The notes: generated by a model not told the origin, from the letters alone. A stretch of DNA of 64,000 bases from Myxococcota bacterium (GCA_036274295.1 DASUFZ010000291.1:3455-67454); one strand, 5' to 3'. Counted from the first letter of the stretch, positions 8,750 to 18,276 are shown. Numbers and translations: made by a program.

Positions 8750-10708
8750 TCACTCCTTCAGCGCGAAGGCCAGCAGCGCGTCGCCGACCTTCGTCAGCGG
8801 ATTGCCGCCGGCGGCGACGACGACGAACTGACGCGAGTCGGGGCGCAGGCGGAAGCTCATCGGCACGGCGTTGGCCGTGAAGGGGATGCGCTCGCGCCAG
8901 ATCTCGCGACCGTCGCGCACGTCGAAGGCGCGGAAGTAGCGGTCGGTGGTGGCGCCGATGAAGTAGAGGCCGCTCGCGGTCAGCAGGCCGCCGCCGAAGT
9001 TCGGCACGCCGACGTCGCCGATGCCCGGAATCGCCCAGAGCGGGAACGGGGCCTGATCGCGGATCGTGCCGAGCGGCACGCGCCAGACGACGTCGCCGGT
9101 CTTGAGGTCGACGGCCGTGAGCGTGCCCCACGGCGGCGGATTGCACGGCGCGCCGAAGCTCGAGAAGATCGGGCCGCGCACGACGCCGTAGGGCGTGCCG
9201 CGCATCGGGTACGCCTCCTGCGGATACGCGAGCGCGCCCTTCATCGCGTCGAACTCCGCGCGCGGCACGAGCTTCACCTGCATCGCGACGTGCGTCTGGT
9301 TCGTGAGCAGGAGACCGCTGCGCGGGTCGACGGCGACACCACCCCAGTTCATGCCGCCCGCGGTGTTCGGGAACTGGACGGAGCCCTCGAGCGTCGGCGG
9401 CGTGAAGGCGCCGTCCCAGCGGAGCCTCTCGATCCGCGCGCGGCACGACGCGCGATCGATCGGCGTGTAGCCGAACGCGTTCGCGACGTTCACCTCGTAG
9501 GGATGCAGCGGCGCCGGGTGCGTCGGGAAGGGCTGCGTCGGCGCGAGCGTCTCGCCGGGCACGCCGTTCTGCGGCACCGGCCGCTCCTCGACGGGATAGA
9601 GCGGCTCACCGGTCTCGCGATCGAGCAGGAAGATGTGTCCCATCTTCGTCGCCTGCGCGACGCCAGGACGGCCGCCGCCGACGCCGTCGATCTGGAAGAG
9701 CGTCGGCTGCGGCGCGGCGTCGAAGTCCCACACGTCGTGGTGCACGGTCTGGAAGTGCCACACGAGCTTGCCGGTCTTCGCGTCGAGCGCGACGACGGAG
9801 CTGCCGTAGTAGTCGAGGCCCTGGCGGAGCCCGCCGAAGCTGTCGGGCGACGGGTTGCCCGTCGGCACGAAGACGAGGCCGCGCTCCGGATCGCCCGAGA
9901 TCAGCGACCACACGTTCGGCGTGCCGCGCTGGTAGAGCGAGCCCTCGGTCGGCACCTCGGGGAAGCCCGGCGGAATGGGATCCCACGCCCACACGAGCTT
10001 GCCGCTGCGGACGTCGAAGGCGCGCACGACGCCGGCCGGCGCGTCGGTGCGGAGCTGGTCCGCCACCAGCGCGCCGATCACCGCGATGTCGCCCATCACG
10101 AGCGGCGCGGACGTCGGGTAGTACTCCCAGGTCTCGGCCTGGCCGATGCCCTCGCGCAGCTGCACGACGCCGTCGTCGCCGAAATCGGCGCAGGGCAGGC
10201 CCGTGTCGGCGTCGATCGCGTGGAGCTCCGAATCCTTGGTGCCGTACAGGATCCGCTTCTCACAGGCGGCCCCCGGCTGCGGGCTCGCGGCCTCCCAGTA
10301 GGCGACACCGCGGCAGGTCAGCGGGTACGGACCTCCGGTCGCGCGCGCGCGCAGGTGCGGATCGTAGACCCACTTCTGCTTGCCGGTCTCCGCCTCGAGC
10401 GCGAACACGCGCATGTAGCCGGTGCAGTAGTAGAGCGTGTCGCCGACGACGAGCGGCGTGACCTGCATCGTGGTCGGCGCGTTCTGCGCGTCGCCCGGGT
10501 GGAAGTCGCCGCTGTGGTGCGTCCAGGCGAGCTCGAGCGAGCCGACGTTCGAAGGCGTGACCTGAGTGAGCGGCGAGAAGTGCAGCGCGCCCTTGTCGCC
10601 CGCGAAGTCGCGCCACTCCGCCGTCGGGCCGGAGTAGTCGATGGGCGCGCGCCCGCAAGCCAGCGCCGCGAGCACGAACGGGAACGCGGCGCGAATCGAG
10701 CGGCGCAA
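8750..10708 (-). CDS. PQQ-dependent dehydrogenase (quinoprotein glucose/quinate dehydrogenase family), lipoprotein
   Basis: HFSPLTQV, CRGVAYW, WHFQTVHHDVWDFD, GGMNWGG and PCNPPPWG motifs. GGAGGAG RBS before TTG at 10708, lipobox ALAC. Confidence 0.92.
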   Translation of the reverse strand: MRRSIRAAFPFVLAALACGRAPIDYSGPTAEWRDFAGDKGALHFSPLTQVTPSNVGSLELAWTHHSGDFHPGDAQNAPTTMQVTPLVVGDTLYYCTGYMRVFALEAETGKQKWVYDPHLRARATGGPYPLTCRGVAYWEAASPQPGAACEKRILYGTKDSELHAIDADTGLPCADFGDDGVVQLREGIGQAETWEYYPTSAPLVMGDIAVIGALVADQLRTDAPAGVVRAFDVRSGKLVWAWDPIPPGFPEVPTEGSLYQRGTPNVWSLISGDPERGLVFVPTGNPSPDSFGGLRQGLDYYGSSVVALDAKTGKLVWHFQTVHHDVWDFDAAPQPTLFQIDGVGGGRPGVAQATKMGHIFLLDRETGEPLYPVEERPVPQNGVPGETLAPTQPFPTHPAPLHPYEVNVANAFGYTPIDRASCRARIERLRWDGAFTPPTLEGSVQFPNTAGGMNWGGVAVDPRSGLLLTNQTHVAMQVKLVPRAEFDAMKGALAYPQEAYPMRGTPYGVVRGPIFSSFGAPCNPPPWGTLTAVDLKTGDVVWRVPLGTIRDQAPFPLWAIPGIGDVGVPNFGGGLLTASGLYFIGATTDRYFRAFDVRDGREIWRERIPFTANAVPMSFRLRPDSRQFVVVAAGGNPLTKVGDALLAFALKE

Positions 10709-10787
10709 GGTCTCCTCCGAAAGCGGGCGCACTCTAGCCCGCGTTCGCGGGCGGGTCCCGTGGTATAAGACGCGCGGCTCCCATTCG

Positions 10788-12209
10788 ATGCGCGCGCTCC
10801 TCGCCATCCTGGCCTTCTGCGCGGCGGCCCATGCGGCCGACGCCTCCGCGCTGCTCGTGCGCGACGCGCGCCTGATCGACGGCCGTGGCGGCGCCGTCCA
10901 GGAGCGCGTCTCCATCCTCGTGAAGGAGGGCCGCATCGCGGCGATCGGAGCCGATCTCCTGGCTCCGCCCTCGGCGCGCGTGATCGACGCGTCCAGGCTG
11001 ACCGCGCTGCCGGGCCTGATCGACTCGCACGTGCACTTCGTCTACGCGTCGGGCAGCGCCTACCGCGGCGACTCCGACGAGACCATCCGCGAGCTGAACC
11101 GCCAGCACCTGCGCGGCTACCTGGCCTGCGGCGTCACCACGGTGCTCGACGCCGGCGCCTTCGTGGAGACCGTGCGCGACATCCAGGGCTGGCTCGCCGC
11201 CGGGCACCCGGGTCCGCGCTATCTGACCCTCGGCCCCTACCCGCGCCCGCCGAACGGCTACGGCCACCCGCGCTTCGGCGAGGAGTCGACGCTCGCGCAG
11301 GTCGCGGCGAAGCTCGATCTGATCCAGTCGCTCGGCGCGGTCGGCGTGAAGCTCGCGATCGAGCACGGCTTCGGCGCGAGCGGCGGAGCGCCCGCGCAGT
11401 TCACGCCCGAGCTGCTCCAGGCCGTCGTGCAGGGAGCGAAGCAGCGCGGGCTGCCGCTCTACGTGCACGCGATGAACGAGGCGGCGCAGAGCGAGGCGCT
11501 CGATCTCGGCGCGCACGCGCTGATGCACGCGGCCCTCGACGCGCAGTGGCCGACACCGCTCTCGGACGCCTTCGTCGCGCGCATGAAGGCGAGCGGGGCG
11601 TACCAGGCGACCACGCTCTCCCTCTTCGCGACGTTCCCGTCGATGTTCGATCCCGCGCGCCTGAAGGACCCGCTGACCCTGCTCGTCGTGCCGAAGCTCG
11701 AGCTCGAGACGGCCGCCGCGCCCGACGCGCCCGACCGCTTCGCCGTCGCCATCTTCGGCTACGCGGCGCCGTGGACCTTCGAGTTCGCGCGTCCGTGGCT
11801 CGCGAGCTTCTTCATGTCGCAGAGCCGGCTGCAGGCGGCGATCGCCATGGCGCAGCAGAACCTGCTCGCCCTGCACCGCGCCGGCGTCCCGATCGTCGTC
11901 GCGACGGACGCGCCGTCGCCGTGGCCGGACGCGATCCACCACTTCCACGGCGTGCAGACGCTCGAGGAGGTGCAGCTGCTCGGCGCGGCGGGGCTCACCC
12001 CGCTCGAGACGATCGCCGCGGCCACCTCCGTGCCGGCGCGCATGCTCGGGCGCGGCGACGAGATCGGCACGCTCGCGCCAGGGATGCGCGCCGAGATCCT
12101 GCTCGTCGAGGGTGCGCCCGACCGCGATCTGCGCGACCTGCGCCGCGTCCGCTACACGGTGCAGGGAGACGTTGCGCGCACGCCGGCCGAGTGGATGGCG
12201 GCGCCGTGA
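10788..12209 (+). CDS. Secreted amidohydrolase family protein
   Basis: Signal peptide, LPGLIDSHVH, GVTTVLD, YVHA and ATDA motifs. Confidence 0.88.
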   Translation: MRALLAILAFCAAAHAADASALLVRDARLIDGRGGAVQERVSILVKEGRIAAIGADLLAPPSARVIDASRLTALPGLIDSHVHFVYASGSAYRGDSDETIRELNRQHLRGYLACGVTTVLDAGAFVETVRDIQGWLAAGHPGPRYLTLGPYPRPPNGYGHPRFGEESTLAQVAAKLDLIQSLGAVGVKLAIEHGFGASGGAPAQFTPELLQAVVQGAKQRGLPLYVHAMNEAAQSEALDLGAHALMHAALDAQWPTPLSDAFVARMKASGAYQATTLSLFATFPSMFDPARLKDPLTLLVVPKLELETAAAPDAPDRFAVAIFGYAAPWTFEFARPWLASFFMSQSRLQAAIAMAQQNLLALHRAGVPIVVATDAPSPWPDAIHHFHGVQTLEEVQLLGAAGLTPLETIAAATSVPARMLGRGDEIGTLAPGMRAEILLVEGAPDRDLRDLRRVRYTVQGDVARTPAEWMAAP

Positions 12210-12550
12210 AGCGGATCGACCTGCGCGGGATCGAGACCGAGCCGATCGACGGCTACGACAGCGCGCTTGCGTTCCGGAACGCGCTCGCCGACGGCGAGGG
12301 CGAGGCTCACTTCTACTTCATCCGCATCGAGGCGGGCGGCGGCATCGGACGCCACGAGGCGGGCTTCGGCCAGCTCTTCCTGGTGCTCGAGGGAAGCGGC
12401 TGGGCGGCGGGCGGCGACGGGAAGCGGGTGCCCATCTCGGCCGGACAGGGCGTGTGGATCGCGCGCGGCGAGCACCACGAGAAAGGCAGCGAGATGGGCC
12501 TCTCGGCGCTGATCGTCCAAGTGCGCGACCTGACGCCGCGCGCGGGCTAG
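12206..12550 (+). CDS. Cupin domain protein
   Basis: GTGA overlap with the upstream stop. IGRHEAGFGQLFLVLEGSGW…GEHH cupin motifs. Confidence 0.8.
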   Translation: MKRIDLRGIETEPIDGYDSALAFRNALADGEGEAHFYFIRIEAGGGIGRHEAGFGQLFLVLEGSGWAAGGDGKRVPISAGQGVWIARGEHHEKGSEMGLSALIVQVRDLTPRAG

Positions 12551-12559
12551 GTTCGACGC

Positions 12560-12850
12560 GTGGACGCGAGCATCGAGATCGTCGTCACGGGCGCCGTCGA
12601 GCGGGGCGGACGCCTGCGCCTCGAGGCCGGCTCCACCCTGCGCGTCGCGATCGAAGCGGCCGGCGGGCTCGCCTACCGGCCGGGCGCGCGGCCCGAGGGC
12701 GCGCTGCTGCTGCGCCGACGCGGGCCGACGTCGCGGCAGGTACGCATGCTGCGCTGGGACCTCTTCCGCGACGACCCGCATGCCTGGGAGTCGGCGCGGC
12801 TCGAGCACCGCGACGTGATCGTCGTCGCCTGGTCGCTCTCGGAACGCTAG
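12560..12850 (+). CDS. Stand-alone SLBB (beta-grasp) domain protein
   Basis: VTGAVERGG…TLRVAIEAAGGL…LEHRDVIVV matches the SLBB pattern VxGxVxxPG…TLxxAIxxAGG…LxxGDxIxV. Confidence 0.65.
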   Translation: MDASIEIVVTGAVERGGRLRLEAGSTLRVAIEAAGGLAYRPGARPEGALLLRRRGPTSRQVRMLRWDLFRDDPHAWESARLEHRDVIVVAWSLSER

Positions 12851-12953
12851 TCGGCCGACGCAAGTCGGCCGACGCGCAGCGAGGCGCAGCCGAGCGAAGG
12901 CCGGCAGCCCGAGCGCGAGCGATCAGCGAGCGCGAAGGTCCGGCAAGAGCTAG
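12847..12953 (-). repeat. Dispersed ~100-bp intergenic repeat, copy 2 (inverted, CTAG-flanked)
   Basis: Reverse complement aligns with copy 1. CTAG at 12847-12850 and 12950-12953 supplies both genes' stop codons. Confidence 0.85.
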
Positions 12954-14134
12954 TCGGCGGCGAGCGCCAGCACCGCATCGAGCCCCGCGAAGAGATCGTC
13001 CTCGGGGATGTTCAGCGCGGGGAAGAAGCGCACGACGCTGCCCGCCGTCACGTTGACGAGTACGCCGCGCTCGAGCGCGCGCAACGGCAGCGCCGCGGCG
13101 CGATCCACGTCCGTCAGCACCAGCGCCTGGAGCAGACCCTTGCCGCGCGCCGACGCCACGCGATCCGGCCGCTCGGCGGCGAAGGCGCGCAGCCGCGCGT
13201 GCAGGCGCGCGCCGAGCTCGGCCGCGCGCGCGACGAGCTTCTCCTCCTCCACCACGCGCAGCACCGCGTTGGCCGCCGCGCAGGCGAGCGGATTGCCGCC
13301 GAAGGTGGTGCCGTGCTCGCCGAGCGCGACCGTCGAGGCGACGGCGTCCGTGCACAGGAACGCCGCGACGGGGAAGCCGCCGCCGAGCCCCTTGCCGAGC
13401 GCCATCACGTCGGGCACGACGCCCTCGTGCTCGACGGCGAACATCTTGCCCGTGCGGCCGATGCCCGTCTGCACCTCGTCCGCGATCAGCAGCGCGCCCG
13501 ACGCGTGACACAGCTCGGCGAGCGCGCGCAGGTAGCCGTCGCGCGGGACGTTGACGCCGCCCTCGCCCTGCACGGGCTCGACGATGAAGGCCGCCGTCTG
13601 CGCGTCGATGGCGCGCGCGGCGGCATCGAGATCGTCGAAGGGCACGCGCACGCTCTCGTGCAGCAGCGGCGCGTAGGGCGCGCGGTGCTTCTCCGTGCCG
13701 ATCACGTGGAGCGCGCCCAGCGTGCGCCCGTGGAAGGCGCCGTGCGTCGAGACGAACTTCGCGCGGCCCGTCGCGCGGTGCGCGAGCTTGATGGCGCCCT
13801 CGATCGCCTCCGTCCCGGAATTCGTGAAGAAGGAGCGGTTGACGTCGCCCGGCGCGACGGCGGCGAGCCGCTCCATCAGCTCCGTCTGCGGCAGGGTGTA
13901 GAAGACGTTGGTCGTCTGCATGAGCCGGCCGGCCTGCTCGCGGATCGCCTCGACGAGCGCGGGGTGGCAGTGCCCGATGCAGGTCACGCCCCAGCCGGCC
14001 ATCAGATCGATGTACTCGCGCCCCGCGACGTCGCGCACGCGCGAGCCGCGGCCCTCCACCAGCGCGACGGGGTGTCGCTTCACGACCGGGAGGAAGTGCG
14101 CGGCTTCGGCGCGCCGCACGTCGTCGAGCTTCAT
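12950..14134 (-). CDS. argD: Acetylornithine aminotransferase (class III PLP)
   Basis: FFTNSGTEAIEGAIK, FHGRT, EPVQGEGG, ADEVQTGIGRTG, LGKGLGGG and HGTTFGGNPLA motifs. Confidence 0.88.
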   Translation of the reverse strand: MKLDDVRRAEAAHFLPVVKRHPVALVEGRGSRVRDVAGREYIDLMAGWGVTCIGHCHPALVEAIREQAGRLMQTTNVFYTLPQTELMERLAAVAPGDVNRSFFTNSGTEAIEGAIKLAHRATGRAKFVSTHGAFHGRTLGALHVIGTEKHRAPYAPLLHESVRVPFDDLDAAARAIDAQTAAFIVEPVQGEGGVNVPRDGYLRALAELCHASGALLIADEVQTGIGRTGKMFAVEHEGVVPDVMALGKGLGGGFPVAAFLCTDAVASTVALGEHGTTFGGNPLACAAANAVLRVVEEEKLVARAAELGARLHARLRAFAAERPDRVASARGKGLLQALVLTDVDRAAALPLRALERGVLVNVTAGSVVRFFPALNIPEDDLFAGLDAVLALAAD

Positions 14135-14215
14135 ACGGCTTCTCCGCTTGGGGGGACGCATTCTATCGGGCGCGCGGCCGCTTGCATCGAAGCCGCTGCG
14201 CGGCAGACTCGCTGC

Positions 14216-14596
14216 ATGGCGCCCGGCTCGCGCGACGTGATCCTGCTCGAGGGCATCCAGGTGCCGGCGGCGCTCGGCGTCACCGCGGCGGAGCGCCGCA
14301 TGCGCCGCCCCGTGCGCCTGGATCTCGAGGTCGCGCGCGACCTGCGCCCGGCCGGCCGCAGCGACAGCATCCGCCAGACGATCCACTACAAACGCGTCTT
14401 CGAGGTGGTGGAGGATGTGGCCGCCAATCAGCAGCACAAGCTGGTGGAGGCGCTGGCCGACCGCATCGCCCGCGCGGTGCTCGCGAAGTTCGACGCCGAC
14501 GCCGTCACGGTCTGCGTGCGCAAGCCGACCCCCATCGCCGGCGTGCTGGAGTCGGCGGGGGTGCGGGTCACGCGCACGCGCGCGGACGTCGAGTAG
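14216..14596 (+). CDS. folB: Dihydroneopterin aldolase
   Basis: LGVTAAER, SDSIRQTIHY, LVEALADRIA and VRKP motifs. Confidence 0.88.
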   Translation: MAPGSRDVILLEGIQVPAALGVTAAERRMRRPVRLDLEVARDLRPAGRSDSIRQTIHYKRVFEVVEDVAANQQHKLVEALADRIARAVLAKFDADAVTVCVRKPTPIAGVLESAGVRVTRTRADVE

Positions 14597-14670
14597 GGGC
14601 GCCCATCCCTCTTACGGCACCTACGGGCCGGATCCCGGCGACACGGCGTCAACGAGATGGAATCAGTAGA

Positions 14671-14698
14671 CGCCGATCATCGGATGTTATGATCGGCG
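14671..14698 (+). promoter_or_regulatory. Extended -10 promoter (TGtTATGAT, 14685-14693) overlapped by a 10-bp inverted repeat, upstream of cofG
   Basis: CGCCGATCAT-N8-ATGATCGGCG in an AT-richer intergenic region. Confidence 0.45.
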
Positions 14699-14732
14699 CC
14701 GCGCCCCCAGGTTGACAAAGGCGAGCCCGCGA

Positions 14733-15965
14733 GTGACAGCGACCTCCTCCGCCCTCTCGCGCCGCGAAGCGGCGGCGCTCGTCCGCGACGCGGTCGACGC
14801 CGGCCGGCTCGAACGCGGCGCCGCCGAGCGCCTGGCCGCCGCTCTCCTCTCGCCGGAAGTCCTCGCGACCCTCCTCGAAGGCGCCTTCGAGAGCAAGCGG
14901 CGCGGCAAGGGGACGAAGATCAGCGTCTCGCGCAACGTCTTCATCCCGCTCACCAACCTGTGTCGTGACCGCTGCGCCTACTGCACGTTCGCGAAGCAGC
15001 CGGACGATCCCACGGCGAAGACGTATACGCTCGGCGAGGTGGCGCAGGTCGTGCGCGACGCGCTGCGCGCCGGCTGCATCGAGGCGCTCTTCTGCCTCGG
15101 CGACAAGCCGGAGGTCGCCTACAAGGGCTACCGCGAGTGGCTCGCAACGCGCGGCCTCGCGAGCACGGCCGAGTACCTCGTGCAGGCGTGCGAGGTGGGT
15201 TTCGCTGAGGGCATGCTGCCGCACAGCAACGCGGGGATCCTGTCCGCGGGCGAGATGCAGGCGCTCAAGCGCTCGAACGCCTCGCTCGGCCTCATGCTCG
15301 AGAGCACGAGCCCACGCCTGCGCGAGCGAGGCCAGGCCCACTACTACTGCCCCGACAAGGACCCCGCCGTCCGCATGCGCATGCACGAGGAAGCGGGCGA
15401 GCTCCGCATCCCGTTCACGAGCGGGATCCTGCTCGGCATCGGCGAGACCGCCGCCGAGCGGGTCGACACCCTGCTCGCTATCCGCGCGCTCTCGGATCGC
15501 TACGGGCACGTGCAGGAGACGATCGTGCAGCCCTTCCACGCGAAGCACGACACGCCGATGCGCGGCCTGCCGTCGCTCTCGAACGAGGAGATCGCGGGCT
15601 GGGTGGCGCTCGCGCGGCTCGTCCTCGGGCCGCAGGCCAACGTGCAGGCGCCGCCGAACCTCGCGCCCGACGTGCTCGAGCTGCTCGCGCGCTCGGGCCT
15701 CAACGACTGGGGCGGCGTCTCGCCGCTCACCGTCGACTTCATCAACCCGGAGGCGCCGTGGCCGAAGCTCGCGGAGCTGCGGCGGCGCACCGAGGCGTCG
15801 GGGCAGCAGCTCGTCGAGCGCCTGCCCGTCTACCCGGAGTACCTCGCGCGGCCCGAGTTCTTCGAGCCGCGCGTGCGCGACGCGTGCCTGGCCCGCGTCG
15901 GCGCCGATGGATTCGTCCCGCCGGCCCCGCGCGGTCCGGACGGCGACGCGGTGGAGGCCGCATGA
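14733..15965 (+). CDS. cofG: FO synthase subunit 1 (radical SAM)
   Basis: SRNVFIPLTNLCRDRCAYCTF, LPHSNAG, GLMLES, QAPPNL and NDWGGVSPLTVDFINPEAPWP motifs. Start approximate. Confidence 0.93.
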   Translation: MTATSSALSRREAAALVRDAVDAGRLERGAAERLAAALLSPEVLATLLEGAFESKRRGKGTKISVSRNVFIPLTNLCRDRCAYCTFAKQPDDPTAKTYTLGEVAQVVRDALRAGCIEALFCLGDKPEVAYKGYREWLATRGLASTAEYLVQACEVGFAEGMLPHSNAGILSAGEMQALKRSNASLGLMLESTSPRLRERGQAHYYCPDKDPAVRMRMHEEAGELRIPFTSGILLGIGETAAERVDTLLAIRALSDRYGHVQETIVQPFHAKHDTPMRGLPSLSNEEIAGWVALARLVLGPQANVQAPPNLAPDVLELLARSGLNDWGGVSPLTVDFINPEAPWPKLAELRRRTEASGQQLVERLPVYPEYLARPEFFEPRVRDACLARVGADGFVPPAPRGPDGDAVEAA

Positions 15966-17206
15966 GCCTGGAACGCCTGCTCGGCGACGTCAGTGCGGAC
16001 GTCGCGCGCATCCTCGACGGGGCGCTCTCGGGGCGCGAGCTCGCATGGCAGGAGGCCGCGCGCCTGCTGCGCACGTCCGGATCCGATTTCCACGCCACCT
16101 TGCGGGCCGCGGATCTCGCGCGCGCGGACGACAAGGGCGACGACGTCTCCTTCGTCATCTGCCGCAACATGAACTTCACGAACGTCTGCTACGTCGGCTG
16201 CTCGTTCTGCGGCTTCTCGCGCCACCGCGACGACGAAGACGCCTACGACCATCCGATGGAGACCCTGCTCGCCAAGGCGCGCGACGCCGTCGCGCGCGGC
16301 GCCACCGAGGTCTGCATCCAGGGCGGCATCCACCCGCAGAAGACCCACGAGCACTACCGCGACATCCTCGTCGCGCTGAAGCGCGAGTTCCCGAAGCTCC
16401 ACATCCACGCCTTCTCGCCGGAAGAGATGGACTTCGGCCACAAGAAGAGCGGCATGCCGCTGCGCGAGTACCTCGCCTGGCTCGTCGAGGCGGGGCTCGA
16501 CACGATGCCCGGCACGGCCGCCGAGATCCTCGACGACGAGATCCGCAAGGTGATCTCGCCGAACAAGCTGCGGCGCGATCGTTGGATCGAGATCGTGACG
16601 ACGGCGCACGAGATCGGGCTGCGCTCGACCTCGACCGTGATGTACGGGCACATCGAGACGCCCGAGCACGTAGCAAACCACATGGATCTGCTGCGCAGCA
16701 TCCAGAAGCGCACCGGCGGCTTCACCGAGTTCGTCCCGCTCGGCTTCATCCACGAGAAGAACACGCTCTTCAACCACATGCACGCGCGGCCCGGCGCCTC
16801 GATGAGCGAGGACCTGCTCACCATCGCGGTGGCGCGCCTCTTCCTGCGGCCGTGGATCACGAACATCCAGATGAGCTGGGTGAAGATGGGCCCGAAGCTG
16901 GCGCAGCTCGCGCTCTGCTCGGGCGCGAACGACTTCGGCGGCACGCTCATGGAGGAGTCGATCTCGCGCGAGTCGGGCGCCGACTTCGGCGAGAACCTGC
17001 CGGCCGAGGAGATGCGGCGGCTGATCCGCGACGTCGGCCGCACGCCGGTGCAGCGCAGCACCACCTACCAGATCCTCGCCCGCTTCGACGACCCCGCGCA
17101 GGATCCGCCGTCGCTCGAGCCGGTGAAGACGCCGGAGCTCTCCGGACCGACGCGCTGGCGCCTGGCCCAGGAGCGCTTCGCCAAGCGCGCCGCTTCGGGG
17201 TATTAG
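15962..17206 (+). CDS. cofH: FO synthase subunit 2 (radical SAM)
   Basis: RNMNFTNVCYVGCSFCGF, TEVCIQGGIHP, MPGTAAEIL and GANDFGGTLMEESISR motifs. ATGA overlap with cofG. Confidence 0.93.
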   Translation: MSLERLLGDVSADVARILDGALSGRELAWQEAARLLRTSGSDFHATLRAADLARADDKGDDVSFVICRNMNFTNVCYVGCSFCGFSRHRDDEDAYDHPMETLLAKARDAVARGATEVCIQGGIHPQKTHEHYRDILVALKREFPKLHIHAFSPEEMDFGHKKSGMPLREYLAWLVEAGLDTMPGTAAEILDDEIRKVISPNKLRRDRWIEIVTTAHEIGLRSTSTVMYGHIETPEHVANHMDLLRSIQKRTGGFTEFVPLGFIHEKNTLFNHMHARPGASMSEDLLTIAVARLFLRPWITNIQMSWVKMGPKLAQLALCSGANDFGGTLMEESISRESGADFGENLPAEEMRRLIRDVGRTPVQRSTTYQILARFDDPAQDPPSLEPVKTPELSGPTRWRLAQERFAKRAASGY

Positions 17207-17213
17207 AAGGGGC

Positions 17214-17723
17214 ATGCGCGCGCTGCCCTGGCGGATGCTCGTCCGCGACGCCCTGATCGTCGCGCTGACCTGGTTCGTCTGGCGCGCGGACGCGCTGCTG
17301 CGGATCGAGACGGGCTTCGTGCCGGCGGCGGTCGCGGTGCTGGCCGGCACGCTCGCCGCCGTCAGCGCCTACCTCGCGCACGAGTGGGGACATCTCCTCG
17401 CCGCGAAGGCGAGCGGCGCCGTCGTGCACTACCCGGAGCGGGTCGCGTCGACGTTCCTCTTCTACTTCGACGTCTCTCGCAACGACGCGCGCCAGTTCCT
17501 GGCGATGTCGCTCGGCGGCTTCGCCGCCAGCGCGATGGCGCTGCCCCTGTTGGTCCTCTGGCTGCCGGCCGGCGCGCTCTCGACCTGGGTGGCCTACGCG
17601 CTCGCCGGCGCCGGGCTCGTCGCGACGCTGGCGACGGAGCTTCCGCCGTTCTTCCGGGTGGCGCGCGGCGGGCGGTTGCCGCGGGGCTTCGTCTACCGCG
17701 AAGACGCGCGGCAGGGGATCTAG
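17214..17723 (+). CDS. Small membrane protein with HExxH motif (site-2 protease/M50-like)
   Basis: About four hydrophobic segments and YLAHEWGHLLAA. Confidence 0.6.
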   Translation: MRALPWRMLVRDALIVALTWFVWRADALLRIETGFVPAAVAVLAGTLAAVSAYLAHEWGHLLAAKASGAVVHYPERVASTFLFYFDVSRNDARQFLAMSLGGFAASAMALPLLVLWLPAGALSTWVAYALAGAGLVATLATELPPFFRVARGGRLPRGFVYREDARQGI

Positions 17724-17992
17724 TGGAGCGCGACGAGCTCCAGAAGACCCTGGCGCGTCTGCGCGCCGAGCTGCGCAACGGCCCGCCGCTCGACACCGGC
17801 GCGCGAGCCCAGCTCGAGGGGCTCGCGCACGACATCGAGCAGCGCCTGCGTCCGGATCGCACGGAGCCCGAGGCGTTGGAGGCGCTGGCGAAGAACCTGC
17901 GCGAGGCGATCGAGCGCTTCGAGGAGACGCATCCCGAGCTGACGGCCGCCGTGAACCGCGTGGCCGACGCGCTCTCGCGCATGGGCATCTAG
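17723..17992 (+). CDS. DUF4404-family protein
   Basis: C-terminal ERFEETHPELTAAVNRVADALSRMGI signature. GTG overlaps the upstream TAG. Confidence 0.8.
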   Translation: MERDELQKTLARLRAELRNGPPLDTGARAQLEGLAHDIEQRLRPDRTEPEALEALAKNLREAIERFEETHPELTAAVNRVADALSRMGI

Positions 17993-18276
17993 TCCGGCTT
18001 CGGCCCGTTCCTCCCGACGAGCGCCTGCGCCTCGCGCTTCGCGCGATGCAGCAGCCTGCGCGCCCACGCGAACTCCGCCGCCAGCACCGCAAGTCCCGCA
18101 CCGATGGCGATCACCCCCGGCCCGGGCAGCACGAGCATCGCCACGCCGAAGGCGAGCAGGGTTCCGCCGATGACGGCGACAGCCAGCTTGCGCGCCGTGC
18201 GGATCCCGAGCGCGAGCGTCCCGCCGCTCGGAGTTGCGTCGTCTCGCCGATCGTCCAGGAAGGCGAATCTAGCCAC
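17989..18276 (-). CDS. PGPGW-domain transmembrane protein
   Basis: MLVLPGPGVIAI…LAVLAAEFAWARR. Confidence 0.82.
   Translation of the reverse strand: MARFAFLDDRRDDATPSGGTLALGIRTARKLAVAVIGGTLLAFGVAMLVLPGPGVIAIGAGLAVLAAEFAWARRLLHRAKREAQALVGRNGPKPD

Noticed and set aside
12846..12958. 10-bp direct repeat GCTAGTCGGC flanking repeat copy 2 as a long target duplication
   Set aside because: Part of the left copy belongs to the element's own GGCCGAC hairpin, and the other copies share only CTAG.
15962..17206. Alternative call as MqnC/MqnE (futalosine pathway)
   Set aside because: Coupling to a clear cofG and the GGTLMEESISR motif favour CofH.
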